Below, piece after piece: positions 54,010 through 63,433 of a stretch of 64,000 nucleotides of DNA; the stretch's first letter is position 1; each line of letters starts with the position of its first letter. Location: contig MFQN01000019.1 in assembly GCA_001783065.1 (NCBI GenBank), positions 309 to 64,308 of the forward strand. Direction: 5' to 3'. The DNA comes from Candidatus Magasanikbacteria bacterium RIFCSPLOWO2_12_FULL_43_12 (GTDB taxonomy: Bacteria; Patescibacteriota; Patescibacteriia; Magasanikbacterales; UBA922). Made by a program: the position numbers and the translations under genes. The notes beneath the pieces are model-generated. The model had not been told where the DNA came from. It made no database searches and worked only from the letters and a program-made list of their open reading frames with translations.

Positions 54010-54468
54010 TTGAGTATGCTATCGCTGAAATCGGCAACATTTAACGAGTTAAAATTTTTATTGGAATTGCGCAATGATTTTTTAGTAAGAAAAAATTCTT
54101 TTAATCATGATTCGGTAAAATTTGAAAGCCATCGTCGCTGGTTGCGGAGAATTTTATCCAATTCAAATCATCGTTTGTATATTGTTGTAGATAAACAAAA
54201 ACAGCCCATTGGTCAAGTTAGATTTGATCTGCGCGGACACACGGCAGAAATCAACGTCGCTCTTATTCAAGAAGCGCGCGGCCGCGGTTTTGGCAAAGAG
54301 GCCATTCGCGAAAGTTCAGCTTTATTTTTATCGCAAAATCCCCATTATAAAATTTTGGCGCGGGTAAAAGAAGATAATTCGATTTCTTTGAAAGCATTTT
54401 TAAACGTTGGCTACAAAGAAGAAAAGAAAAAAAATGGCGTTGTTTATTTAACCTTAAGACCGCAATGA
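54010..54468 (+). CDS. GNAT-family N-acetyltransferase (PseH-like)
   Basis: EARGRGFGKEAI is acetyl-CoA-binding motif A. 152 aa. It follows pseC. Confidence 0.6.
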   Translation: MSMLSLKSATFNELKFLLELRNDFLVRKNSFNHDSVKFESHRRWLRRILSNSNHRLYIVVDKQKQPIGQVRFDLRGHTAEINVALIQEARGRGFGKEAIRESSALFLSQNPHYKILARVKEDNSISLKAFLNVGYKEEKKKNGVVYLTLRPQ

Positions 54469-55154
54469 ATCAGCGCCTGTCTAGGCGGTTGGATTTTATG
54501 AAAAGATTAACCAATCAAGAAAAAATTTGGGGCGGTGGATTTGGCACGGAATTCACGCGACGCAATTATTCAAATATTAAAAACATCGCGAGTTTTGATA
54601 AACTCCATCGCGAAAATTTTGGCATCGGCCGCGAAGAATTATACAGAAAATTTATTGGGAATTTGGATCGTTCCGCCAAGATTCTTGAGGTTGGGTCAAA
54701 CATTGGGACGCAATTGGCTTTGCTTAGAAAAATTGGTTTTAGCAATCTTTATGGAGTTGAGATAAACAGGGACGCGGTCATAAAATCTCGTCATTTATTT
54801 CCGGATATAAATGTTGTCGAAGGTTCGGCTTTTGATATCCCTTTCAAAGACGGTTTTTTTGATTTGGTTTTTACCGCCGCGGTTTTAATCCATTTTCCTC
54901 GACCCGATATTAAACGAGTTATGAGCGAAATGTATCGTTGTTCTAAAAAGTATATTTGGGGTTATGAATATTACGCGGATAAACACACGGAAATAGTTTA
55001 CCGAGGAAACAGAAACATATTATGGAAAGGAAATTTTGCGGGAAAGTTTCTTAATTTGTTTAAGGATTTAAGATTGATAAAGAAAAAGGAAATGCCGTAT
55101 CTAAGCAGCGCGAATGTTGACATGATGTATTTACTGAAAAAAAATCGGATATGA
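54465..55154 (+). CDS. Class I SAM-dependent methyltransferase
   Basis: ILEVGSNIGTQLALL motif I and DLVFTAAVLIHF motif II. Confidence 0.65.
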   Translation: MNQRLSRRLDFMKRLTNQEKIWGGGFGTEFTRRNYSNIKNIASFDKLHRENFGIGREELYRKFIGNLDRSAKILEVGSNIGTQLALLRKIGFSNLYGVEINRDAVIKSRHLFPDINVVEGSAFDIPFKDGFFDLVFTAAVLIHFPRPDIKRVMSEMYRCSKKYIWGYEYYADKHTEIVYRGNRNILWKGNFAGKFLNLFKDLRLIKKKEMPYLSSANVDMMYLLKKNRI

Positions 55155-55690
55155 ATATACCAGATTTACGTTTGGCTGGGAAAAAAGTATTTTTACGTAT
55201 CCTTAATGTGTCGGACGCTACCGCCGAATATTGCGCTTGGCTAAACGATCCAGAAGTAAATAAGTTTCTTACCACTCAACAGGCGATTATTTCCGAACTG
55301 CGAGGATACATAAAAGAAAAACTGATTAGTGAAAATACTTTGTTTTTAGGAATTTTTTGGAATGAGAACAGCCGACATATTGGCAACATAAAACTAGAGC
55401 CCATTGATGAGGAGAAAGGGGAAGCGATTATTGGTATTTTAGTCGGCGATAAGGACTACTGGGGGAAAGGGGTCGCGACAGAAGCAATTGGTTTATTGAG
55501 TAGTTATGCTTTTAGAGTTTTGAAGTTGCGCAGATTAGGATTGAAAGTAATAGCAGAAAATAAGGCGGCGGTGAGAGTGTATCAAAAATGCGGATTCAGG
55601 ATAAAAAGCGTTGATTATAAATCAGTAAATCGCGGCGGGCAGCTGTATGACGATGTAGGCATGGAAAAATTTTATGAAAGCGAATCCTAA
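55151..55690 (+). CDS. GNAT-family N-acetyltransferase (RimJ/RimL-like)
   Basis: DKDYWGKGVATEAI motif A. Confidence 0.7.
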   Translation: MNIPDLRLAGKKVFLRILNVSDATAEYCAWLNDPEVNKFLTTQQAIISELRGYIKEKLISENTLFLGIFWNENSRHIGNIKLEPIDEEKGEAIIGILVGDKDYWGKGVATEAIGLLSSYAFRVLKLRRLGLKVIAENKAAVRVYQKCGFRIKSVDYKSVNRGGQLYDDVGMEKFYESES

Positions 55691-55702
55691 TCATTCTATG
55701 TT

Positions 55703-56890
55703 ATGAGTAACCTTGTCAACGTTGGAAGCGCAAGAGTCGTTAGCGATCCAAAATTGTTAAAACGTTGCGCAAAATGCGTCATGCCAGAAACACAGGAGGC
55801 AATTACTTTTGATAGTCAAGGCGTATGTAGCACTTGCAGGCAAATTGAGTTTAAGCAGGAAAAGATTAATTGGGCGGCGCGTGAGAAAGAATTTTTAGCC
55901 TTGTGCGATCAATACCGGGGAAAAAATCAATATGATTGTATTGTCCCGTTTAGCGGCGGCAAAGACAGCACTTTCGCCGCTTATAAATTGGTTCATGATT
56001 ATGGTTTGAAGCCGCTGGTCGTGCAATATCATCATCAGCTTTTGCGTCCAAAAGTATTGGCAAACGCGGAAAGAACGATTAAACGTTTGGGCGCGGATTT
56101 TTTATCTTTCAAAACAAATTGGCAATTAATAAAAAAACTGATGCGCGTCAGTCTTGAACGGAAAGGCGATATTTTGTGGTATCAGCACACGGCAATTTTT
56201 TCCCTGCCGATGCACATTGCGATAAAATTTAACGCTCCTCTCGTTGTTTGGGGCGAACCATCCGCTGAATATACAAGTTATTATGGATACGACGAAACCG
56301 AAGAAGTTGATGAAAGACGTTTTAATATGGGGACCAACCTCGGCATCACAGCCGATGATATGTTGGGTTTTTTGAATGATTCCAAAATTACGATGCGTGA
56401 TTTGTGGCCGTATCAGTATCCGAAACGCGCCGATTTAGCGGCAATTGGATGCCGTTCGATTTGTTTGGGCAGTTATATACCTTGGGATGTAAAAAAGAAT
56501 TCACGGATTATTTCAGAAGAGTTGGGTTGGGAGGGCGATGAGGTGGAGGGGGTGCCGCCGGAATATTATTATGAAAAAATTGAAGATATGATGCAGGGCG
56601 TTCAGGATTATTTGAAATTTATAAAGCGCGGTTATGGACGCATGAGCCACTTGGCTTCAATTGATATCCGCAATGGTCGCATGACGCGTGAACAGGCCTT
56701 AAAACTCGTTGAAGAATGGGAGGGGAAAAGGCCGGCGAGTCTAGATGTTTTGCTTCATTGGTTGAATATTTCCGAAGCTGAATTTTATCAAATCGCCAGT
56801 CTTCACGTTATTAGCCCGTGGCGTCACGATCCCGCGAACATAAGGCGCGGTAAAGAGCTGTGGGATCAAAAGCTGTGGACTAAAGATTAA
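55703..56890 (+). CDS. N-acetyl sugar amidotransferase (PP-loop ATPase; WbuX/PseA/LfnA family)
   Basis: N-terminal Cys pairs (CAKCVMPE...CSTCRQ) and the VPFSGGKDSTFAAYKL PP-loop motif. It is followed by hisH/hisF homologs. Confidence 0.8.
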   Translation: MSNLVNVGSARVVSDPKLLKRCAKCVMPETQEAITFDSQGVCSTCRQIEFKQEKINWAAREKEFLALCDQYRGKNQYDCIVPFSGGKDSTFAAYKLVHDYGLKPLVVQYHHQLLRPKVLANAERTIKRLGADFLSFKTNWQLIKKLMRVSLERKGDILWYQHTAIFSLPMHIAIKFNAPLVVWGEPSAEYTSYYGYDETEEVDERRFNMGTNLGITADDMLGFLNDSKITMRDLWPYQYPKRADLAAIGCRSICLGSYIPWDVKKNSRIISEELGWEGDEVEGVPPEYYYEKIEDMMQGVQDYLKFIKRGYGRMSHLASIDIRNGRMTREQALKLVEEWEGKRPASLDVLLHWLNISEAEFYQIASLHVISPWRHDPANIRRGKELWDQKLWTKD

Positions 56891-56900
56891 AGACCAAGAT

Positions 56901-57518
56901 ATGATTGCCGTCATTGATTATGGAATGGGAAATCTGGCTTCTATTAAAAAGGCTTTGGAGTATGCGGGCGGAAAACCTTTTTTAACCAGTAATCCACAAG
57001 ATTTGGAGCGGGCGGAGAGAATTGTTCTGCCCGGTGTCGGAGCGTTTGCCGAAGGCATGTCTCATCTTAAAGAATCAGGTATGGATGTAAAATTGCGAGA
57101 GGCTGTGCTTAAAGGAAAAAAACCGTTATTTGGCATTTGTCTCGGCATGCAATTGCTGGCAAAAAAGAGTTATGAGTTTGGCGAATATCCGGGGCTGGGG
57201 TTAATTGACGCGGAAGTGAAAAAATTTGATTTTTATGATACATTTCCAAATCTGCGCGTACCCCACGTGGGTTGGAACGCTGTTGGATTTAAAATTGCCT
57301 CGCCTTATTTTGAAGGGATAAAAGACAACAGTGATTTTTATTTTGTGCACAGTTATCACGTGGTTTGTCGCGAGCCGCGGCTCGTTGCGGCTGTAAGCGA
57401 CTATGGCGGGGAGTTTACCGCGGCGATCGCCAAGGATAATATTTTTGCCACACAATTCCATCCGGAAAAAAGCCAGCAATATGGACTTAAGATGCTGGAG
57501 AATTTTGTGGCTTTATAG
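56901..57518 (+). CDS. hisH: Imidazole glycerol phosphate synthase glutamine amidotransferase subunit homolog (HisH/WbuY-like)
   Basis: IAVIDYGMGNLASIKKAL and the GICLGMQLL catalytic Cys motif are present, with a PEKS H/E dyad region. Confidence 0.85.
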   Translation: MIAVIDYGMGNLASIKKALEYAGGKPFLTSNPQDLERAERIVLPGVGAFAEGMSHLKESGMDVKLREAVLKGKKPLFGICLGMQLLAKKSYEFGEYPGLGLIDAEVKKFDFYDTFPNLRVPHVGWNAVGFKIASPYFEGIKDNSDFYFVHSYHVVCREPRLVAAVSDYGGEFTAAIAKDNIFATQFHPEKSQQYGLKMLENFVAL

Positions 57519-58286
57519 TTGTTTTCTATGGTGAAAATGCGTATAATTCCACTGTTACTTTTAAAGAACGGCCGGCTGGTAAAAACCGTTCAGTTTAGCG
57601 GATATCGCGATGTTGGCGATCCGGTGGCTACGGCGAAAATATATGACGCGCAGAGAGCAGATGAAATGATTCTCTTGGACATAGAAGCTAGCAAGGAGAA
57701 TCGCGGAACCCTGCTTAATATTGTCAGAGAGGTTTCTGGGGAATGCTTCATGCCGCTTGGGGTCGGTGGAGGAATACGGGCACTTGGCGATATCCGTTTG
57801 TTGCTTCAAAGCGGCGCGGATAAAGTAGTAATTAATACGGCGGCGGTTGAGGATCCGAGCTTGGTCAGAAAGGCGGCAAAAAAATTTGGCTGTTCCACAA
57901 TTGTTGTCTCTATAGATTACAAAAAAAATTCAGCTGGTCGTCCGGAGGTGTTTGTGCGTGGCGGCAGTAAATCAACCGGTCTCGACCCGGTAGAATGGGC
58001 GATAAAGGTTGTAGCCGAAGGAGCCGGAGAAATTATGTTGACTTCAATAGAACGCGATGGGATGATGCGCGGGATTGATCTGGATATTATTCGCACGGTA
58101 GCCGACTTGGTTTCAGTTCCTGTAATTTGTTCTGGCGGAGTGGGAACTTTAGAAGATTTTAAACGTGGATTTATAGATGGTCATGTTTCGGCGGTTGGGG
58201 CGGGCAGCATATTTCATTTTACCGACCAAAGCATAATTAAAACCAGGCGTTATTTAGTTGGTGAAGGCATCAACGTACGCCGTTAA
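57519..58286 (+). CDS. hisF: Imidazole glycerol phosphate synthase cyclase subunit homolog (HisF/WbuZ-like)
   Basis: [19 protein letters not shown] and [12 protein letters not shown] are HisF patterns. An alternative start is ATG at 57537. Confidence 0.85.
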   Translation: MFSMVKMRIIPLLLLKNGRLVKTVQFSGYRDVGDPVATAKIYDAQRADEMILLDIEASKENRGTLLNIVREVSGECFMPLGVGGGIRALGDIRLLLQSGADKVVINTAAVEDPSLVRKAAKKFGCSTIVVSIDYKKNSAGRPEVFVRGGSKSTGLDPVEWAIKVVAEGAGEIMLTSIERDGMMRGIDLDIIRTVADLVSVPVICSGGVGTLEDFKRGFIDGHVSAVGAGSIFHFTDQSIIKTRRYLVGEGINVRR

Positions 58287-58300
58287 AAGAATTTATTATT

Positions 58301-59365
58301 ATGAAACCGATGATTATTAATACCCCAAAAGGAAAAAGAAAAATCGGACCAGGCAATCCGGCGTTTATTATTGCCGAGATGTCCGGCAACCATAATCAGG
58401 ATTTTAATCGCGCGTTAAAAATTATTGATGCCGCCGCGGCCGCCGGTGTTGACGCGGTAAAATTGCAGACATACACGCCGGATACAATCACGATGGATTC
58501 AGACAAAGATTATTTTCGGGTAAAAATAAAAAATGTGTGGCAGGATCAAATTTTATATAATCTTTACAAACAGGCTTACACACCATGGGATTGGCAGCCG
58601 AAATTAAAAAAGTATGGCGAAAATAAAGGGTTGGTGGTTTTTTCCACGCCGTTTGACAACACCGCGGTTGATTTTTTGGAAAAAATGAAAGTGTCGTTAT
58701 ATAAGATTGCTTCTTATGAAGTTGGCGATATTCCCTTGTTAAAACGAGTCGGCCAAACTAAAAAGTCGGTGATTATGTCGCGCGGCATGGCTTCCAAAGC
58801 TGAAATTCAACTGGCGATAAAGACCCTCAAAGAAGCCGGCGCTTCTCAAGTTGCCACACTGCACTGCGTTAGCGCTTATCCGGCTACAGCCGAACAAATG
58901 AATTTGGCGACCATTCCAGATTTGGCCAAACGCTTTAAAGTTATTTCCGGATTGTCTGATCACACGTTAGGAATTACTGCTTCCGTCGCTTCTATCGTTT
59001 TGGGCGCCAATATTATTGAAAAGCATCTGACTTTGCGGCGAGCTGATGGCGGCCCCGACGCCACCTTTTCTTTGGAGCCGGGAGAATTTAAAGATTTAGT
59101 TCAAACAGTGCGTGAAGCGGAAGCGACGATTGGCAAACCGAATTATGAATTGACCGAAGGTGAAAAAATTGGAGTATTATATCGCAAATCATTGTTTGTG
59201 GTGAAAGACATCAAAGCTGGTGAGAAGTTCACGCCACAAAATGTGCGTAGTATTCGTCCAGGCCATGGTTTGCCGCCAAAATATTATGAAGAGATTTTGG
59301 GACGCGCGGCGAAAGTTGATATTGAACGAGGCGAACCGTTAGACCGGGGAATGGTCAGGCGGTAA
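58301..59365 (+). CDS. pseI: Pseudaminic acid synthase / NeuB-family nonulosonate synthase
   Basis: FIIAEMSGNHNQD, KIASYEV, MSRGMAS, LHCVSAYPA and LSDHTLG motifs are present, plus a C-terminal SAF domain (VKDIKAGEKF). 354 aa. Confidence 0.85.
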   Translation: MKPMIINTPKGKRKIGPGNPAFIIAEMSGNHNQDFNRALKIIDAAAAAGVDAVKLQTYTPDTITMDSDKDYFRVKIKNVWQDQILYNLYKQAYTPWDWQPKLKKYGENKGLVVFSTPFDNTAVDFLEKMKVSLYKIASYEVGDIPLLKRVGQTKKSVIMSRGMASKAEIQLAIKTLKEAGASQVATLHCVSAYPATAEQMNLATIPDLAKRFKVISGLSDHTLGITASVASIVLGANIIEKHLTLRRADGGPDATFSLEPGEFKDLVQTVREAEATIGKPNYELTEGEKIGVLYRKSLFVVKDIKAGEKFTPQNVRSIRPGHGLPPKYYEEILGRAAKVDIERGEPLDRGMVRR

Positions 59366-59385
59366 CAAGTCTTCTGTAAGTTATT

Positions 59386-60012
59386 ATGGTAAAATTTTTT
59401 TCAACAGCGGCCATACTTAGCGGAGCAATGGTGAGAGATATGTCTGGGCGCTGGCGCACCACGACCTTTGATGATCCAGGCGATCTTTATGGGTCGGTTG
59501 GCGATCGTCTGCGTGTCATCGCGGGCAGTTGTTTGTATAGGGAAAATCCATCACTTAAGTTCATTCTTTTGGGCGGTAAAGGGCAGCATGCCCGCACCCC
59601 CGGCGCTCCCACTTTGGCAGAGGTGATACAAGAGGAGTTGCAGGAATTAGGAGTGCCGCCAGAAAATATTTTTCTGGAAAAAAAATCTGGTAATACCTAC
59701 GAGTCGTTATTTTTTCTGAAAGAATTTTTAGAAGACAAAAATTTAAAAGATATTTTATTGATTTCAAACAAATATCATCTGCCTAGAATTAAAGCAATGA
59801 TAAAAGGAACCCCGGAATTGAATTTGACTTTCTCTCTTTTGAGAATCAGACTTATGTCCGCCGAGAAAATTTTAATTACCCATGAACCAAAAATCTGGCG
59901 GAAAAAAATTGCCGCTGTTTATAACAGCGCGGTTATGAAAAAACGTTTAAGCGCAGAAAAGAAAGGTATTGAAGATTTTAAAAATGGAAAGTATAAATTT
60001 ATCCATTATTAA
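59386..60012 (+). CDS. DUF218 (YdcF/SanA/ElyC-like) domain protein
   Basis: KFILLGGKGQ...EKKSGNTYES pattern. Confidence 0.45.
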   Translation: MVKFFSTAAILSGAMVRDMSGRWRTTTFDDPGDLYGSVGDRLRVIAGSCLYRENPSLKFILLGGKGQHARTPGAPTLAEVIQEELQELGVPPENIFLEKKSGNTYESLFFLKEFLEDKNLKDILLISNKYHLPRIKAMIKGTPELNLTFSLLRIRLMSAEKILITHEPKIWRKKIAAVYNSAVMKKRLSAEKKGIEDFKNGKYKFIHY

Positions 60013-60065
60013 AACTGCCCCCCCAAATCAATTTATGGATAAAGAGACGTTAAATCATAAAGAAT

Positions 60066-61511
60066 ATGGCATCTTGTAAATTTTTGTTCATTTATCCTGA
60101 TATAAATGAGTTTAGCCATGCTTATGACGGCAATAATGGTTGTTATTATTATGGAATAGCCCAATTATCCAGTGTTCTTAAAAGGGTTGGAGTGGAGACC
60201 GGGCTTTTACATTACACACTCCGTCCAGCAAAAGAAAAATTTTTAAACGATATAGATAATTTTACTCCTGACATTATCGGTTTTTCTTCAACGACGATGA
60301 TGATTGCGGATGTCTATGAATGGGTCAGATGGATACGGGAGTCTGGCCGTCATTCCCCACTCGTATTGGGTGGAAGCCACGCGACATTGGACTATAAAAG
60401 AGTGGCGGCGGATGGATTATTTGACGTTATTTTTATTGGAGAGTCCGAGGAATCAATTGTGGAATATTGTCAACACTATCGTGAGCGCCCCACAAATATT
60501 CTTGGCACGGTCGTCAAGGGTGACAATGATTACATCTTTAATCCTGCGCGTGTCTTGGAGCAGAATCTAGATAGATACCCGTTTCCTGACTGGACCCTTT
60601 TTGATTATGAAAGTCTTTATGATATGAAAACACACAAGCGCGGCATTCTTATGGCCGCGCGCGGCTGTCCTTACCGTTGCAGTTTTTGTTCAAATGACAG
60701 GTACGCTGATTTATATCGCAATAAAGGAAAAATCCTTCGCATAAAGACAGTGGATTATGTTATTCGAGAGGCGAAGGCAATGAAGATTCAGTATCCAGCT
60801 ATCAATTATTTTCAATTTGTGGAAGATACCGTGGGTTTTGACCGAATATGGTTGAAAGAATTCAGCGAAAGATGGCCGAGAGAGGTGGGGATGGATTTTT
60901 ATGCGAATCTGAATGTAAACGTTTGCAATGATGACACAATAAAATTGTTGGCTTTAGCCGGTTGTCGACGTTTGCAAATTGGCGTTGAGACGGGTAATGA
61001 GTCGCGCCGGAAAGAAATTTTAAAGAAGCCGGTTCTTAATAAAACTATTGAGGCAGTGGTTAAAGAATGTCACAAGCATGACATTGATGTTAATAGTTTG
61101 AACATGATTGGTTTGCCGTTTGAGAGCGAGGAAAACATATTAGAGACAATTCATTTTAACGCCCGCCTGAAACCGAAATTGTTGCAGTGTACGATTTTTT
61201 ATCCTTTTCCACATACTTCACTGTATGACTATTGCGTTGAACACAAACTGATCAGTGAGAGTAACCTCTCGAGAACTGATTATTTTCGGGAGAGTATTTT
61301 GGAAAATCCAAAAATTTCTCAAGAGGCGTTATATTTTTTTAGGGATAATTTTAAGACATTGATAAAGATTTATAGATATGTTAATATTGATTGGCTGATA
61401 AGGCTGGTTGGGTATAAGAGGGCGGGTAAAATTATTAGACTTTTCAGGACAAGGTCTGAATTAAAAAAGTGGCTTTATCAACCGCGTAAGAAATTATTAA
61501 AGTATGTTTAA
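60066..61511 (+). CDS. Cobalamin-binding radical SAM enzyme (class B rSAM)
   Basis: B12-domain N-terminus (FIYPDINEF...GIAQLSSVLKRVGVET, FIGESE) and AARGCPYRCSFC (CX3CX2C). 481 aa. Confidence 0.8.
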   Translation: MASCKFLFIYPDINEFSHAYDGNNGCYYYGIAQLSSVLKRVGVETGLLHYTLRPAKEKFLNDIDNFTPDIIGFSSTTMMIADVYEWVRWIRESGRHSPLVLGGSHATLDYKRVAADGLFDVIFIGESEESIVEYCQHYRERPTNILGTVVKGDNDYIFNPARVLEQNLDRYPFPDWTLFDYESLYDMKTHKRGILMAARGCPYRCSFCSNDRYADLYRNKGKILRIKTVDYVIREAKAMKIQYPAINYFQFVEDTVGFDRIWLKEFSERWPREVGMDFYANLNVNVCNDDTIKLLALAGCRRLQIGVETGNESRRKEILKKPVLNKTIEAVVKECHKHDIDVNSLNMIGLPFESEENILETIHFNARLKPKLLQCTIFYPFPHTSLYDYCVEHKLISESNLSRTDYFRESILENPKISQEALYFFRDNFKTLIKIYRYVNIDWLIRLVGYKRAGKIIRLFRTRSELKKWLYQPRKKLLKYV

Positions 61512-62457
61512 TAAAAAATCTATTTTAAATAAAAAAGACGTATTAGTTACCGGCGCGGCCGGCGTTATCGGCCGAGAACTCATAAATTTATTGAAAGAGG
61601 CGGGCGCCAACATCCGGGCAGTTGATTTTCAAGAAAAACCGGCCGCTTTCGGGAATATTGATTATTTTCGTTGCGATTTATCCCATCCCGATTCCCAATT
61701 TTTATTTCGTTTTGAACCCAATTATGTTTTTCATCTAGCGGCTGATTTTGAACGCAGCGCCGAAAATTTACTTTTTTGGGATACGAATTTTGCCAACAAT
61801 ATTTTGGCTTCTCATTATACCCTCAATCAAGCGGTTAAATGTCCGGCTTTAAAAAAAATTATTTTTGCTTCCAGCTATTTAATCTACGATAAAAAATTAT
61901 ATAATGATACCGGCGGTGGTAATGTTTTATCAGAAAAATCAATAATAAATCCGCGTAATATCTGCGGGGTATCAAAGTTGCAGACAGAAAGAGATATTGA
62001 ATTTTTTTATGAGAAAATGAATAGAAGATTTAGTTATGCGTGCGCGAGAATTTTTCGTGTTTACGGCCAAGGGTCGCGAGATATAATATCACGTTGGGTT
62101 CGTTTGGCTCTGCGGTCGGAAGAATTGTCGGTGTTTGATGCGAAAAATTCTTTTGATTATATTTATGCCAAAGATGCGGCTTTGGGGCTTATAAAAATGG
62201 CGGAGATTGAAGAAGCGAAAGGTATAATAAATTTGGGCACCGGTGTCTCCGCAAGCATTGGCGAGGTTTTGGAGCTTATACGACATTTAATGCCAGAAGT
62301 CAAATCAAAAAATGTGAAAAAGTCTATTTTCTTAGAGTCTAGCTGCGCCGATGTTTCGAAGCTTAAGAAAAAACTTGGTTGGATCCCGCAGACGCGGCTT
62401 GAGGATGGTATTAAGGAAATAATTGCCTATGAAAAAAAGAAAATCTCGCAACGATGA
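61504..62457 (+). CDS. NAD-dependent epimerase/dehydratase-family protein (extended SDR) with apparent Tyr-to-Cys substitution in the YxxxK position
   Basis: VLVTGAAGVIGREL Rossmann motif. The expected catalytic site reads NPRNICGVSK, where TGC Cys is one nucleotide from TAC Tyr. Confidence 0.6.
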   Translation: MFNKKSILNKKDVLVTGAAGVIGRELINLLKEAGANIRAVDFQEKPAAFGNIDYFRCDLSHPDSQFLFRFEPNYVFHLAADFERSAENLLFWDTNFANNILASHYTLNQAVKCPALKKIIFASSYLIYDKKLYNDTGGGNVLSEKSIINPRNICGVSKLQTERDIEFFYEKMNRRFSYACARIFRVYGQGSRDIISRWVRLALRSEELSVFDAKNSFDYIYAKDAALGLIKMAEIEEAKGIINLGTGVSASIGEVLELIRHLMPEVKSKNVKKSIFLESSCADVSKLKKKLGWIPQTRLEDGIKEIIAYEKKKISQR

Positions 62458-63433
62458 TTGTGTAGAGAGGAAACAAATCAATGTTTTGTTTACCAGCGTT
62501 TCTCACAAGGTATCCTTGGTGAATAGTTTCAGAAACGCTTACCGCGATCTAAAAATTCCCGGTTTAATTGTCGGTGTTGATTGCGACCCTTTTAGCGCCG
62601 CGTTTCATTTCGTGGATAAAAAGTATGTTATACCCCGCTTAGACGATCGCAATTTTTTACCGAAACTAATGTCAATTTGCCGTCGAGAAAATATTGCCTT
62701 ATTAATTCCGACTCGCGACGAGGATTTATCTTTTTTTTCAAATCATCGGCATGAGTTTGAAGCTAATAATATTAGGGTTATGGTTGCCGATCCGCGGACA
62801 ATCGCGATCTGTTCAGATAAATGGCGGTTTTTTAAGTATTTACAAAACAATCGCATATCAACCATTGAAACTTGGCAAAGGCTGGATCCGAAGATAAAAT
62901 TTCCCTGTATCGTTAAACCGCGTATGGGCAAGGGCGCTCTGGGAGTTCTGAAGATTGAAGATATGACGCAATTAAGAGGGGTTGATTTAGATAAAAATAT
63001 TATTCAAGAAAAAATAGAAGGGGTTGAATATACAATAGACTACCTCGCGGATTTTGACGGCCGTCCAGTTTGCGCCGTGCCTCGCATACGGCTTAGGATA
63101 TATCAAGGAGAATCCAAGGCCGGTGTTACTAAATATGATAAAAAAATGATTGATTTATGCAAAAAACTCGGCAAAGGTCTTAAATTAATTGGCCACAATA
63201 CCATCCAATGTTTTAAACTTCCTGACGGAAAGATCAAATTTTTAGAAGTTAATCCGAGGTTTGGCGGAGGCGCCGCGTTAGGCATGGCGGCTGGCTGCAA
63301 AAGCCCGGAGTTTATTTTGTCGTTGATGGCGAATCGCGTTTTTCCGATTGTTGAAAAGTTTACTGAAGATTTAGCAATGATCAGGTATAGCCAAGATATT
63401 TTTTTACCCTATGATCAAATTGGTGGTTTTTGA
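62423..63433 (+). CDS. ATP-grasp enzyme (carboxylate-amine ligase type)
   Basis: CIVKPRMGKGALGV, YTIDYLADFDGRPV and FLEVNPRFGGG are ATP-grasp B/C-domain motifs. Confidence 0.7.
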   Translation: MPMKKRKSRNDDCVERKQINVLFTSVSHKVSLVNSFRNAYRDLKIPGLIVGVDCDPFSAAFHFVDKKYVIPRLDDRNFLPKLMSICRRENIALLIPTRDEDLSFFSNHRHEFEANNIRVMVADPRTIAICSDKWRFFKYLQNNRISTIETWQRLDPKIKFPCIVKPRMGKGALGVLKIEDMTQLRGVDLDKNIIQEKIEGVEYTIDYLADFDGRPVCAVPRIRLRIYQGESKAGVTKYDKKMIDLCKKLGKGLKLIGHNTIQCFKLPDGKIKFLEVNPRFGGGAALGMAAGCKSPEFILSLMANRVFPIVEKFTEDLAMIRYSQDIFLPYDQIGGF

